From an uncultured Eubacteriales bacterium (GTDB taxonomy: Bacteria > Acidobacteriota > Aminicenantia > Aminicenantales > Aminicenantaceae), in assembly GCA_964456985.1 (NCBI GenBank), contig CAYWDH010000011.1:941-64940 (forward strand): DNA of 64,000 bases, given 5' to 3'. The translations under genes were made by a program, and so were the position numbers. This document shows positions 19,676-29,088 of the stretch, in pieces. The stretch's first letter is position 1, and every line of letters starts with the position of its first letter. The notes beneath the pieces are model-generated. The model had not been told where the DNA came from. It made no database searches and was given only the letters and a program-made list of their open reading frames with translations.

Positions 19676-19738
19676 GAGAGCGGAAATTTGATGGAATGAA
19701 GGGAAAATCATCATCAACAGAAAAACGGTATTCCTATA
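19676..19738 (+). repeat. Promoter-bearing repeat, copy 3 (right / leader half only)
   Basis: gagagcggaaatttgatggaatgaagggaaaatcatcatcaacagaaaaacg is identical over 52 nt (by eye) to copy 4. It ends in attcctat at 19737. No -35/-10 part is present. Confidence 0.75.
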
Positions 19739-19879
19739 GATATTTTTAATGAGGATGGGAAATAGCCGGAGAGTTTTCCCTGAACTGGCTTCGTTTCAAA
19801 AGAAAAATGTAGGATGGAACTTTTTGTTTTAATATTTCGTTTGTTTTTATAGGGTAAAGTAGAATAGGGAAATTTGTTG

Positions 19880-22255
19880 ATGCTTAAAAATTACCTTAAA
19901 GTCGCTCTGCGGAATATCTTTCGTCATAAAGGCTACTCCGCGCTGATCATATTCGGCCTTGCTCTGGGGATGGCGATTTTTCTACTGGCGGCTGTTTACA
20001 CCCGATATAATTTCAGCTATGAGAGGTTCCATAAAGGTGCAGACAGGATCTACTTGGTGGTACAGGTCCTGCCTTCAGGAAACAAAGGACATCAAAATAC
20101 CGCTATCACACCAGCTCCGCTTCTCTCTGCGATGACAAGTGAATTTCCAGAAATTGAGGAAGCAACCCGATTCTCTCGGGGAAGAAGAATGATAGTAAGA
20201 GCAGGGGATCAATGCCATTATGAAAGCAACGTTCTCCTGGGAGAGAAGAACTTTTTTTCCTTTTTCAACTTTAGATTGCTCAGAGGAGACCCTCTTTCTG
20301 CCCTGGATGAACCGAACTCGATTATTCTATCCGAAGATTCAGCTCTGAAGTATTTCGGCGATGATGATCCTCTGGGAAAAACGCTGACTCTCGACAATAA
20401 TTTCGATGTTACGGTGACAGGGATCATAGAAAATCCTCCAGAGAATACTCGAATCCGGTATGATTTCCTCGCTCCATTGCAAGCCGCCCGAATCCTCTAC
20501 AACTGGATGGATGACTGGACGGTCAGCAGTCAGTCTAGTTTTATTAGACTTTATAAAGGAATGAAACCAGAAAGCCTGGAGGGAAAATTCCCCGCATTTA
20601 TAGGCAAATACTATCCTGATTCCCCGGAGTCTCCCAACAAGCTCTTCCTTTTGCCTTTAGTTGATTTTCTCCGAACAGCAGAATCTTTAGGTTTGAAGTC
20701 TCATTTAGACTACGATCCCAAGTTCACTATCTCCTATTTCTTGATAGCGATGGCCTTTGTGATTCTTATTGTGGTCGCCATCAATTTCATGAACCTCTCT
20801 ACATCCAGGTACATGTACAGGGCTAAGGAGATCGGCATGCGCAAAGTCATTGGCGCCAGCCGGATACAGCTGATCAAGCAGTTTTTAGGAGAATCCGTCA
20901 TCACCACATTCTTTTCCCTACCCTTGGCACTCCTACTGTTTTATCTGTTGAAACCAGCTTTTCATGCGTATATAGAAAGCCATATCACCCTTTCACCCTG
21001 GAACTATCCCTGGCTCTGTGTTGTCCTTTTAGGCGGCACGGTTCTTTTAGGTGTTTTTGCGGGCAGCTATCCGGCCTTTCTCCTCTCTTCCTTCAAACCC
21101 GTACAGGTACTCAAGGGGAATATTAGAGTCGGTCGCAAAGGAACATCTCTGCGCAAAATTTTGGTAATTTCTCAATTCACGCTCTCTATATTGATGATCG
21201 TTTTTTCTTTGACCATAGGGCGGCAGGTGAACTATTTCACGGAGATGGACCACGGCTTTCAGAGAGAAAAGGTAATCACTATCGCTCTCCCTCCTGAATC
21301 CCGGGATAAGCTTGAGCTTCTAAAAAAAGATCTGGCCTCTCATCCGGATATTCTGAGTGTTTCCTCGGCACAGAATCGGCCCATCAACTGGGGATCAGAA
21401 GATCAGGTCATACCTGAGGGGTATGACGAAAGAGATGCCTGGACGATGAATACATACGGTATAGACTATGGTTTCATTGAGCTCCTGGGAGTTCAGATTC
21501 TTCAAGGAAGAAGTTTTTCCCCAGAATATGAGGACAGGGAAAATTTTATCCTCAATGAAACAGCGGTCAGACAGCTCAAGTGGGACAATCCGCTCGGAAA
21601 AACGTTAAGGCTAGACGGAAAAAAAGGTCAGGTTGTCGGGGTAACGAAGGATTTTCTTTTTGATAACCCGCATTGGGGAATCAGACCAGCTGTTCTCTAT
21701 TTAGAGAAAAAAGAACCCGGTTATCTTTTTGTTAAAATATCAGATGTCCCTCAAACGAGGATGATCGAAGCCATAAAACAGAAATGGCAAGCTTTGGTAC
21801 CGGGGCTTCCGTTCACCTATTCTACCCTGGAGGACAGGTTCGATGCAGCCTACCGATATGTCGGACAAATGGCCGTCGTTTTTGGAGCCTTTGGGGTACT
21901 GGCCATCTTCATCTCATGTCTGGGACTGATTGCTATGGCGTTTTATTCGGTCAGCAGAAGAACGAAAGAAATCGGAGTCCGGAAAGCCCTGGGGGCATCT
22001 GTGCCTGGTATTACCCGACTTCTTCTCATCGGGTTTCTCAAACAGATTATACTTGCCAATGTGGTCGCATGGCCCCTGACCTATTTTCTCCTGAAAAAAT
22101 TCCTTCAGTTTGCCTGGGCTTACACTCCCAACATCTCCTTGATCCTGTTTGTTCTGGCCGCTCTAGTGACGCTATCGACCGCAATCCTTTCGGTTATTTA
22201 TCAGACGGTCAAGGCCTCTCTGACCAATCCAGCTGAGGCGTTGCGCTATGAATAG
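19880..22255 (+). CDS. ABC transporter permease, MacB/FtsX-like with duplicated FtsX domains
   Basis: ORF from TTG 19874; the ATG at 19880 gives MLKNYLKVALRNIFRHKGYSALIIFGLALGMAIF, the typical MacB_PCD/FtsX N-terminus. A second FtsX module lies at the C-terminus (KEIGVRKALGAS...). No cognate ATPase gene is adjacent. Confidence 0.8.
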   Translation: MLKNYLKVALRNIFRHKGYSALIIFGLALGMAIFLLAAVYTRYNFSYERFHKGADRIYLVVQVLPSGNKGHQNTAITPAPLLSAMTSEFPEIEEATRFSRGRRMIVRAGDQCHYESNVLLGEKNFFSFFNFRLLRGDPLSALDEPNSIILSEDSALKYFGDDDPLGKTLTLDNNFDVTVTGIIENPPENTRIRYDFLAPLQAARILYNWMDDWTVSSQSSFIRLYKGMKPESLEGKFPAFIGKYYPDSPESPNKLFLLPLVDFLRTAESLGLKSHLDYDPKFTISYFLIAMAFVILIVVAINFMNLSTSRYMYRAKEIGMRKVIGASRIQLIKQFLGESVITTFFSLPLALLLFYLLKPAFHAYIESHITLSPWNYPWLCVVLLGGTVLLGVFAGSYPAFLLSSFKPVQVLKGNIRVGRKGTSLRKILVISQFTLSILMIVFSLTIGRQVNYFTEMDHGFQREKVITIALPPESRDKLELLKKDLASHPDILSVSSAQNRPINWGSEDQVIPEGYDERDAWTMNTYGIDYGFIELLGVQILQGRSFSPEYEDRENFILNETAVRQLKWDNPLGKTLRLDGKKGQVVGVTKDFLFDNPHWGIRPAVLYLEKKEPGYLFVKISDVPQTRMIEAIKQKWQALVPGLPFTYSTLEDRFDAAYRYVGQMAVVFGAFGVLAIFISCLGLIAMAFYSVSRRTKEIGVRKALGASVPGITRLLLIGFLKQIILANVVAWPLTYFLLKKFLQFAWAYTPNISLILFVLAALVTLSTAILSVIYQTVKASLTNPAEALRYE

Positions 22256-22275
22256 TCGTTGTGATGTAGGGGCAT

Positions 22276-22389
22276 ATGAGCAAAATTTACCGCCGACGTC
22301 ATCCGGAACGCACCGTGTTTTACAGCGCGCTTTTCTATTATTTTGAGTCATTTCTTCTGGAACATGAAAACCGGTTTGAGAGACACTAA
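22276..22389 (+). pseudogene. N-terminal fragment (37 codons) of an IS91-family transposase gene
   Basis: MSKIYRRRHPERTVFYSALFYYFESFLLEHENRFERH-stop. The RRxxPExTxxY...F pattern is the start of the Zn-binding N-terminal domain of IS91-family (Y2) transposases, recalled from memory. The fragment is fused directly to repeat copy 4. Confidence 0.55.
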
Positions 22390-22390
22390 A

Positions 22391-22524
22391 GTTCTCTTTT
22401 TTATGGGTCACTTGTTGACCGGACGTAATTTTTGTGTGTATTATATTCAATAAAGTCGCTTGGAGAGCGGAAATTTGATGGAATGAAGGGAAAATCATCA
22501 TCAACAGAAAAACGAATTTCCTAT
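22391..22524 (+). repeat. Promoter-bearing repeat, copy 4 (full length)
   Basis: TTGACC at 22415..22420 and TATTAT at 22439..22444, spacer 18 nt. The leader ends in tttcctat at 22524, 11 nt before the ATG at 22536. Confidence 0.8.
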
Positions 22525-22535
22525 GTTGTTTGCTA

Positions 22536-25328
22536 ATGGCCTATGCTTGTGTTGTGACAGCCAGTGCGGACATTATACAGACAGATCAGGTTCGCTTTGC
22601 CTATGACGAGCGAGGGATTTTGGGAATCGCCAGCCCTAAGGATCCCTATGACGCACAGGTGACATCACCTCAACGCCCCCTGTCCTTAATCGTGCGGTAT
22701 CGGGTGGAAGAGGGGCAGTGGCAGGAATTAGACGTAGATCAATCTCGGTTGGAAGTGGCGGCAGATGAAGGACATGTGCGCTACTTCCTGACCGATGTCG
22801 GCTGCCCTTTGCGCTTGGTGCAGCGTTTTACCACGAACGCAGTAGGCTTTGACTGGGATATCGATCTGACAACGACCACTAACCAAGAGGTCACTATCGG
22901 TGATCTGGCTATTGTGATTCCAGCGGTAGGGCCGTGGGGCAGAAGTCAGCAACAGATCTTTGAGAAGGGATTCCTGTCCCACCCATTTATTTCCGGGCAT
23001 GGTTCGTTTATCTATTATGTTCGTGCTTCAGGGGCCTCCCCGTTCTTGATAGTGACGGTAAAACCGGGAACGCATCTTGAATATTTTGGAAGCGGACAGG
23101 GTATTGGCAGCTATTATGTGCATTCCATCCTGAGCGGGGGCAATGAAACCCGTGGGACGTGGCGACAAAAACACACCTTTCGCACCTTAGGCCCTGTGGG
23201 ATCTGAAGAAAGCCACGTTCATTATGGTTTCCGTTTTCAGTTTGCTGATTCCTATGACCAGCTGCGTGAGGTTCTGTACAGAGAGGGGCTGTTCGATATC
23301 AGGGCGGTTCCCGGCATGACCCTTCCGGAGGACTTGATAGCCCGTTTCTCCTTACACACACAAGCCAACATTAATACTATCAGGGCTGAATTCCCTGATC
23401 AAACCCACATTGTACGGCTCGGAGAGAAACAGCCGGACACCTATGTCTATCAAGTGACCTTTAAGCGTCTGGGAGAAAACCAAATCACGATCGAGCATGA
23501 CGGCGATAGCAGGACATATTTAGAATACTTTATTACCGAGCCTTTGGAGACTCTGATCAAGAAGCGGGCCTCATTCATAATAAATCGTCAGCAAATACGA
23601 GACCCTAATAAATGGTGGGATGGTGTCTTCGGGCCTTATGACATGAAGCATAAAGTGGTGCGTACCATTGACGATCCCGATATTTTTCTAGATCGCATGG
23701 TCTACGTCCTGACCTGCGACGATCCCGGCCTGTGTAAAGCCCCTTTTGTGGCCAGCAAGAATGTCAGCTATCCGAATGCAAAGGAAATCGAGGGATTGGA
23801 ATACTATCTGGAACATTTTGTCTGGGGTAAACTGCAGCGCACTGCTCAGGAAAAGCCCTATCCCTACGGCGTCTATGGCACTCCGAATTGGTACATCAAC
23901 CGCGATCCGCAGCGGCGTCGTGCCTATGCAGAGTCACTGGCCAACAGCAGCACCGCACTGCGTGATTTGAGCAAGGAACATATTTGGCGTTCTTATGATT
24001 ATCCCCACATAGTGATGCTCTACTTCCATATGTACGAGATTGCCAAAAACTATCCGGAACTGTCTACCTATTTGGATGCTGCCGGCTACTTGGAACGCGC
24101 CTATCAAACAGCCAGGGCCTTTTATCAATACCCTTATGAAATCTATCCTTCTTACTACGAAACCTATAAATGGGGTCTTTACAATGAACTGATTGTGCTG
24201 GAATTGATTGAAGCCTTGGAGACAGAAGGCTTCGCTCATCAGGCAGACTGGCTGCGTTTGGAATGGGAAAAAAAGGTAAAGTACTTTGTATATGACGACG
24301 ACTATCCCTTCCGTTCGGAATATGCCTTTGACCGGACGGCATTTGAGTCCAGCTACGCGTTTGCCAAATATGGTGCGACGCATGATATGAAACCGGACCG
24401 GCATCTGTGGTGGGACATTAAAAAAGAAAAATGGTATTCGCATCCCCAGGTCCGCCGTGAGGATGCACGGGCTTTTATGGAACGTCAATTGGCCGCAGGG
24501 CTCTGTATACGAGGCTGGCTTGAGAGCAATTATTTCCAATTGGGAGCCGATCGGGGGGTCAGTTATATGGCGGCTATGGGCGGCTGGGGGATTCTGGATT
24601 ATGGTATTAACTTTGCCGATGATCCTTTTGACTGGCTGCAACTGGGCTACGCCTCCTATTTAAGTTCTTGGTGCTTGATGAACACCGGTCGACCGGAAAC
24701 CAACTATGGTTATTGGTTTGGCGGTAAAGAAAACGATGGGGCCGCCGGATGGCAGTTCATGTCAGCCAAGGTCGGTCGCGCCTGGATGGGATCGAGCTAC
24801 CCCGGCGGTGTTGAGGTGCCGCGCGGTGCCTGGTATTACGATGGCGAAATCGATCTGGGTTTTGGCGGAGCCTTACGCATGGCGGCTACGGTTGTCACTC
24901 ATGATCCCATCTTCGATTGGATTGCCTATGGGGGAACTCTCCAGGAAAATGCGGAGACCCTGGAAGTGGTTCCCCGAGATGGTTTGCGCCAGCGTTTGAC
25001 GGTTGTTCTGGCGGAGAAACACCTTCCTTGGCCCGGTACGGTTCGTTTAAAAATAGAGCTGGAGCGTGATGGCTTCATGCCTGAACAAGCGATTGTGCTG
25101 GACAAACAACTCCAATGCATCAGCTTTGCCCTGGAAAATCGCACCCAAGACCGACATATCACCTACTTAAGGCTGGGGAGTCTTCCCAGTATGACCTACA
25201 ATGTTGTATGTAACGGCCAAAAGGTGCCCCTGTCCAAAACATCCAGTTGGGACTATCCTTGGCAAGCTGAATTACCCATGAGTGAACGTCCCGCTCAAAT
25301 TGAAATCAGTCGTGTGTCAGATCGCTAG
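22536..25328 (+). CDS. Large hypothetical protein (about 930 aa), possible carbohydrate-active enzyme
   Basis: ORF from TTG 22530, ATG at 22536. It is Trp/Tyr-rich, with no motif I can name. It is markedly GC-richer than neighbouring genes and is followed after 27 nt by the GH38 gene. Confidence 0.6.
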   Translation: MAYACVVTASADIIQTDQVRFAYDERGILGIASPKDPYDAQVTSPQRPLSLIVRYRVEEGQWQELDVDQSRLEVAADEGHVRYFLTDVGCPLRLVQRFTTNAVGFDWDIDLTTTTNQEVTIGDLAIVIPAVGPWGRSQQQIFEKGFLSHPFISGHGSFIYYVRASGASPFLIVTVKPGTHLEYFGSGQGIGSYYVHSILSGGNETRGTWRQKHTFRTLGPVGSEESHVHYGFRFQFADSYDQLREVLYREGLFDIRAVPGMTLPEDLIARFSLHTQANINTIRAEFPDQTHIVRLGEKQPDTYVYQVTFKRLGENQITIEHDGDSRTYLEYFITEPLETLIKKRASFIINRQQIRDPNKWWDGVFGPYDMKHKVVRTIDDPDIFLDRMVYVLTCDDPGLCKAPFVASKNVSYPNAKEIEGLEYYLEHFVWGKLQRTAQEKPYPYGVYGTPNWYINRDPQRRRAYAESLANSSTALRDLSKEHIWRSYDYPHIVMLYFHMYEIAKNYPELSTYLDAAGYLERAYQTARAFYQYPYEIYPSYYETYKWGLYNELIVLELIEALETEGFAHQADWLRLEWEKKVKYFVYDDDYPFRSEYAFDRTAFESSYAFAKYGATHDMKPDRHLWWDIKKEKWYSHPQVRREDARAFMERQLAAGLCIRGWLESNYFQLGADRGVSYMAAMGGWGILDYGINFADDPFDWLQLGYASYLSSWCLMNTGRPETNYGYWFGGKENDGAAGWQFMSAKVGRAWMGSSYPGGVEVPRGAWYYDGEIDLGFGGALRMAATVVTHDPIFDWIAYGGTLQENAETLEVVPRDGLRQRLTVVLAEKHLPWPGTVRLKIELERDGFMPEQAIVLDKQLQCISFALENRTQDRHITYLRLGSLPSMTYNVVCNGQKVPLSKTSSWDYPWQAELPMSERPAQIEISRVSDR

Positions 25329-25355
25329 TCAGGTGCAGTGGTGATCGCTGTAAAG

Positions 25356-27848
25356 ATGAAAAAAGAAAAAAGCCTTTATCTTGTATGCAATGCCCACCTT
25401 GACCCTGTCTGGCTCTGGGAATGGGAGGAAGGGGCTGCCCAGGCTCTCGCAACCTTTCGTACAGCTTCTGAGCTCTGTGAGGAGTTCCCTGATTTTATTT
25501 TCAACCACAACGAAGCCCTGCTCTATAAATGGATAGAGGACTACGATGAAGGGCTTTTTCAAAAAATAAAATCGCACATCAAAAAGAAAAAATGGCATGT
25601 CATGGGGGGATGGTATCTCCAGCCTGACTGCAACATGCCCTGCGGTGAATCACTGGTCAGACAAATACTTATCGGAAAAAGATATTTCAGGGAAAAATTC
25701 AATGTAGAACCCACAACCGCTGTGAATGTCGATCCTTTTGGCCACACAAGAGGACTGGTACAGATCCTTAAAAAATCAGGCTATGATTCCTATCTCTTTT
25801 GCAGGCCGGATTCGGAAAGACTCAGCATTCCCGATGATGACTTCATCTGGGTCGGATATGACGGCTCTCGGATCACAGCCCACAGGACTCCCGACCACTA
25901 CAACTCCCCCCTGGGCAAGGCTGGGAAAAGGATCCTTAAATGGCTTAAGGAGAATAAGACCAAAAAAACAGGCCTTCTTTTGTGGGGAGTGGGGAATCAC
26001 GGAGGGGGGCCTTCCAGAAAAGATCTCACCCATATAAAAGACCTAAAAAATAAGGTCACTGACATGGATATCAGACATTCCACACCAGAAGAATATTTTA
26101 AGAAAATAAAAAATCCCAACCTCCCCCGCTTTGAAAAAGACCTCAATCCATGGGCTGTGGGCTGCTACACCACTATGAGCCGGATCAAACAAACACACAG
26201 AAAGCTGGAAAACACATACTATATGACCGAAAAAATGGTTTCCCACGCTTTTCTTTGCAACTTGATGGCTTATCCGAAAAAAGAGTTGGATGATGCACTG
26301 GAAGACCTGCTTTTTTGTGAATTTCACGATATTCTTCCCGGCTCCTGTATCTCCGAAGTCGAAGAGTATGCCCTGCATCGAATGGGTCATGGATTGGAAA
26401 TTTTGTCCCGGCTTAAAAACAAAGCTTTTTTCTGCCTTTTATCCGGCCAAAAAAAAGCAGAAAAAGACGAATTCCCTCTCATGGTCTACAACCCCCATCC
26501 CTACTCATTCGATGACATCATCTGCTGCGAGTTCCAGCCTGACGAGCCGAACGATGATCCGGAAAAATTCTGGGTCCCTGAAATAAAAGATGAAAGCGGA
26601 AAACAAATACCCTGCCAGCTTGAAAAAGAAAGCAGCAACATATCCAATGACCACAGAAAAAGAGTCGTTTTCAGAGCTTCTTTAAAGCCGGCAGCCATGA
26701 ATAGATTTAATGCCATATTAAAATCAAAAAAACCTTTAAAAAGCAGCTTAAGGGAGATCAAAGACGACCTGAAACTCACATCCGGAAAAGCGGAACTCGT
26801 GATCAATGCTCAAACAGGGCTTGTGGACAGGTTCCAATCAGCAGGAATCGATTTCCTTAAAAAAGATTCCTTTTCCTTAAAAATTATGAAAGATTATCCT
26901 GATCCCTGGGGAATAAAAGTCGAAAGCTTCCATAAAGAGATAGGCCGGTTTACCCTTATGGACCAAAAGCAAAGCGCTTTTTTCTCCGGAACAGGGAGAG
27001 ATCTCCTCCCTTCTCTGCGCATCATCGAAGAGGGCCCTGTAAGAACAGTCGCTGAAGCGCTTTTCAAATACAATGATTCCCGGGCCTGCATGCGTTACAA
27101 ATTTCCCAAAAAAGGGAAAACTCTTGAAATCGAAATCAAGCTGTTCTGGAATGAGAAGGATAAAATGGTTAAGCTTTCCGTTCCCACAGTTTTTACTCAA
27201 GGCGCCTGTTTGGGAGAGGTCCCATACGGACTCGAAGAATACCTCCGATCTGAAAAAGAACAGGTCACCCAGAAATGGACAGGTGTGATCTCAAAAGACA
27301 GGAAATATATGATCACTCTAATAAACCTGGGAACACACGGATTTGACTTTGTGAAAGGAGAGCTGAGGCCTTCCCTTCTTCGTTCTCCTGCTTATGCCGC
27401 ACACCCGGTAAACAGCAAGCCGCTGGTGCCTCAGGACCGCTTTGAAAACAGAATCGATCAGGGCGAAAGGACCTTCCGCTTCTGGTTCGAAGCGGGACCC
27501 GCCAAAGAACGCCTGTCCTTAATAAGCCGGGAAGCCACAGAGAAAAACGAATCCCCTCCGGTCCTGTGCTGCTTTCCTTCTGGAAAAGGCCGTCTCCCCG
27601 AACAGAGCATCCTCATCGAGGATGAAAGCATTCAAATGACAGCCCTGAAAAGGGCTGAGGAAAAAAACCGGATGATCTTGAGGCTTTTCGAACCCACAGG
27701 GACGGGGAAAAAAGTCAAAGTCTTTGTTCCCGTCATAAAAAAGAGTACTAAAATAATTTTCAAGCCCTTTGAAATAAAGACCATTGGCATCGATCTTGAT
27801 TCAAAAGAGACGTTTTTTACAGACCTTTTAGAGAAAAAAAATGCATAA
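25356..27848 (+). CDS. Glycoside hydrolase family 38 (alpha-mannosidase)
   Basis: ORF from GTG 25338; the ATG at 25356 gives MKKEKSLYLVCNAHLDPVWLWEWEEG. GH38 N-terminal blocks are present: HNEALLYKWIE, GGWYLQPDCNMPCGESLVRQ, VDPFGHTRGLVQILK. Confidence 0.85.
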   Translation: MKKEKSLYLVCNAHLDPVWLWEWEEGAAQALATFRTASELCEEFPDFIFNHNEALLYKWIEDYDEGLFQKIKSHIKKKKWHVMGGWYLQPDCNMPCGESLVRQILIGKRYFREKFNVEPTTAVNVDPFGHTRGLVQILKKSGYDSYLFCRPDSERLSIPDDDFIWVGYDGSRITAHRTPDHYNSPLGKAGKRILKWLKENKTKKTGLLLWGVGNHGGGPSRKDLTHIKDLKNKVTDMDIRHSTPEEYFKKIKNPNLPRFEKDLNPWAVGCYTTMSRIKQTHRKLENTYYMTEKMVSHAFLCNLMAYPKKELDDALEDLLFCEFHDILPGSCISEVEEYALHRMGHGLEILSRLKNKAFFCLLSGQKKAEKDEFPLMVYNPHPYSFDDIICCEFQPDEPNDDPEKFWVPEIKDESGKQIPCQLEKESSNISNDHRKRVVFRASLKPAAMNRFNAILKSKKPLKSSLREIKDDLKLTSGKAELVINAQTGLVDRFQSAGIDFLKKDSFSLKIMKDYPDPWGIKVESFHKEIGRFTLMDQKQSAFFSGTGRDLLPSLRIIEEGPVRTVAEALFKYNDSRACMRYKFPKKGKTLEIEIKLFWNEKDKMVKLSVPTVFTQGACLGEVPYGLEEYLRSEKEQVTQKWTGVISKDRKYMITLINLGTHGFDFVKGELRPSLLRSPAYAAHPVNSKPLVPQDRFENRIDQGERTFRFWFEAGPAKERLSLISREATEKNESPPVLCCFPSGKGRLPEQSILIEDESIQMTALKRAEEKNRMILRLFEPTGTGKKVKVFVPVIKKSTKIIFKPFEIKTIGIDLDSKETFFTDLLEKKNA

Positions 27849-29088
27849 TCAAAACAAATCTATTTCCGTGATAATGGTCGGAACCGGAGGGTACGGGCAT
27901 TACTACACTAAAGTATTGATCAAAGAATACTACCGGGGACTTATTGACCTCAGAGCCGCTGTGGAACCCTTTCCTGAAAACTCGTCTCACACTCCGTGGT
28001 TTTTAAAGCAGAGCATTCCTGTCTTTTCCACTCTGGAAGAAGCTTTTGAAAACCGCATCTGGGCTGACCTGGTCATTATATCCTCTCCCCTTCATTATCA
28101 TGTCCCCCAAAGCATGCTAGCCCTAGAACAGGGAATCCATGTTCTCTGTGACAAACCCGTTGCCACCACGATACAGGATGCCCGAGATCTTATAAAAATA
28201 AAAAACAAAACAGGCCTCCACGTGCTGGTGGGTTATCAGTGGTCCTTTTCCTCTGCCATACAGGCCCTCAAAAGGGACATTCAAAAAGGACTGTTCGGAA
28301 AACCGGTGAGAATGAAAACACTTTGTCTCTGGCTCAGAGGATTCGAATATTACTCAAGAAATGACTGGGCCGGAAAGCTTAAAGACGAGGAGGGAAAATG
28401 GATCCTGGACAGCCCGGCAAATAATGCCATGGCGCATTTCCTTCACAACCTTTTATATCTTCTCGGAGAGGAAAAAGACTCCAGTTCCCTGCCCGGTTCT
28501 GTTGAAGCCGAAACATACAAAGCCTATGACATACAGAATTTTGACACAGTCGCCTCCCGGATGCATGTCAACGAGGGAACAGAGCTTCTCTTTTATGCCT
28601 CTCACTCGATCCGGAACAACCTGGGCCCCATGTTCAAACTCGAATTCGAACAGGCGACCGTAACGTATGGGGAAGACTCAAAAAGCATTGTCTGTAAAGA
28701 CTCGAAAGGACAGATCATCTCAGACTACGGAGACCCGGAATCAGAAGACCAGTTCAAGAAGTTCTATGATTCCATTAAAGTCATCAAAGGTCTCAAATCT
28801 GCGGCATGCGGCCTTAAAGCCGCCTTTCCCCACACGCTTGCCGTAAACGGGATTCAGGATTCTGTTCCGGAAGCACCTTTCTTTCCCTCCTCTCTTATCA
28901 AGCACAGCGATACGGGGGAAAGGCTCTGGGTCAAAGATCTGGGAGATACTCTCTATAACTGCTATTTAAATTCATGTCTTCCTTCGGAAAAAGGAATAGA
29001 ATGGGCTGTAAAGGGAAAGCAGGTGGATATGCAAACATACACTTTTTTTCCCGGAGGCCGTTCCCCAAACACCAAAAAAGAAAAATGA
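27841..29088 (+). CDS. Gfo/Idh/MocA-family oxidoreductase
   Basis: 415 aa with an N-terminal Rossmann fold (ISVIMVGTGGYGHYY). The block LCDKPVATTIQDARDL is typical of the family (EKP-type motif). It overlaps the GH38 stop by 8 nt. Confidence 0.7.
   Translation: MHNQNKSISVIMVGTGGYGHYYTKVLIKEYYRGLIDLRAAVEPFPENSSHTPWFLKQSIPVFSTLEEAFENRIWADLVIISSPLHYHVPQSMLALEQGIHVLCDKPVATTIQDARDLIKIKNKTGLHVLVGYQWSFSSAIQALKRDIQKGLFGKPVRMKTLCLWLRGFEYYSRNDWAGKLKDEEGKWILDSPANNAMAHFLHNLLYLLGEEKDSSSLPGSVEAETYKAYDIQNFDTVASRMHVNEGTELLFYASHSIRNNLGPMFKLEFEQATVTYGEDSKSIVCKDSKGQIISDYGDPESEDQFKKFYDSIKVIKGLKSAACGLKAAFPHTLAVNGIQDSVPEAPFFPSSLIKHSDTGERLWVKDLGDTLYNCYLNSCLPSEKGIEWAVKGKQVDMQTYTFFPGGRSPNTKKEK

Noticed and set aside
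28974-29084. N-terminal extension of the URO-D-like ORF (MSSFGKRNRMGCKGKAGGYANIHFF...), which overlaps the 3-prime end of the Gfo/Idh/MocA gene by 115 nt.
   Set aside because: The extension is arginine/lysine-rich nonsense in an alternative frame of a well-supported gene. The ATG at 29085 forms a typical ATGA stop-start overlap.
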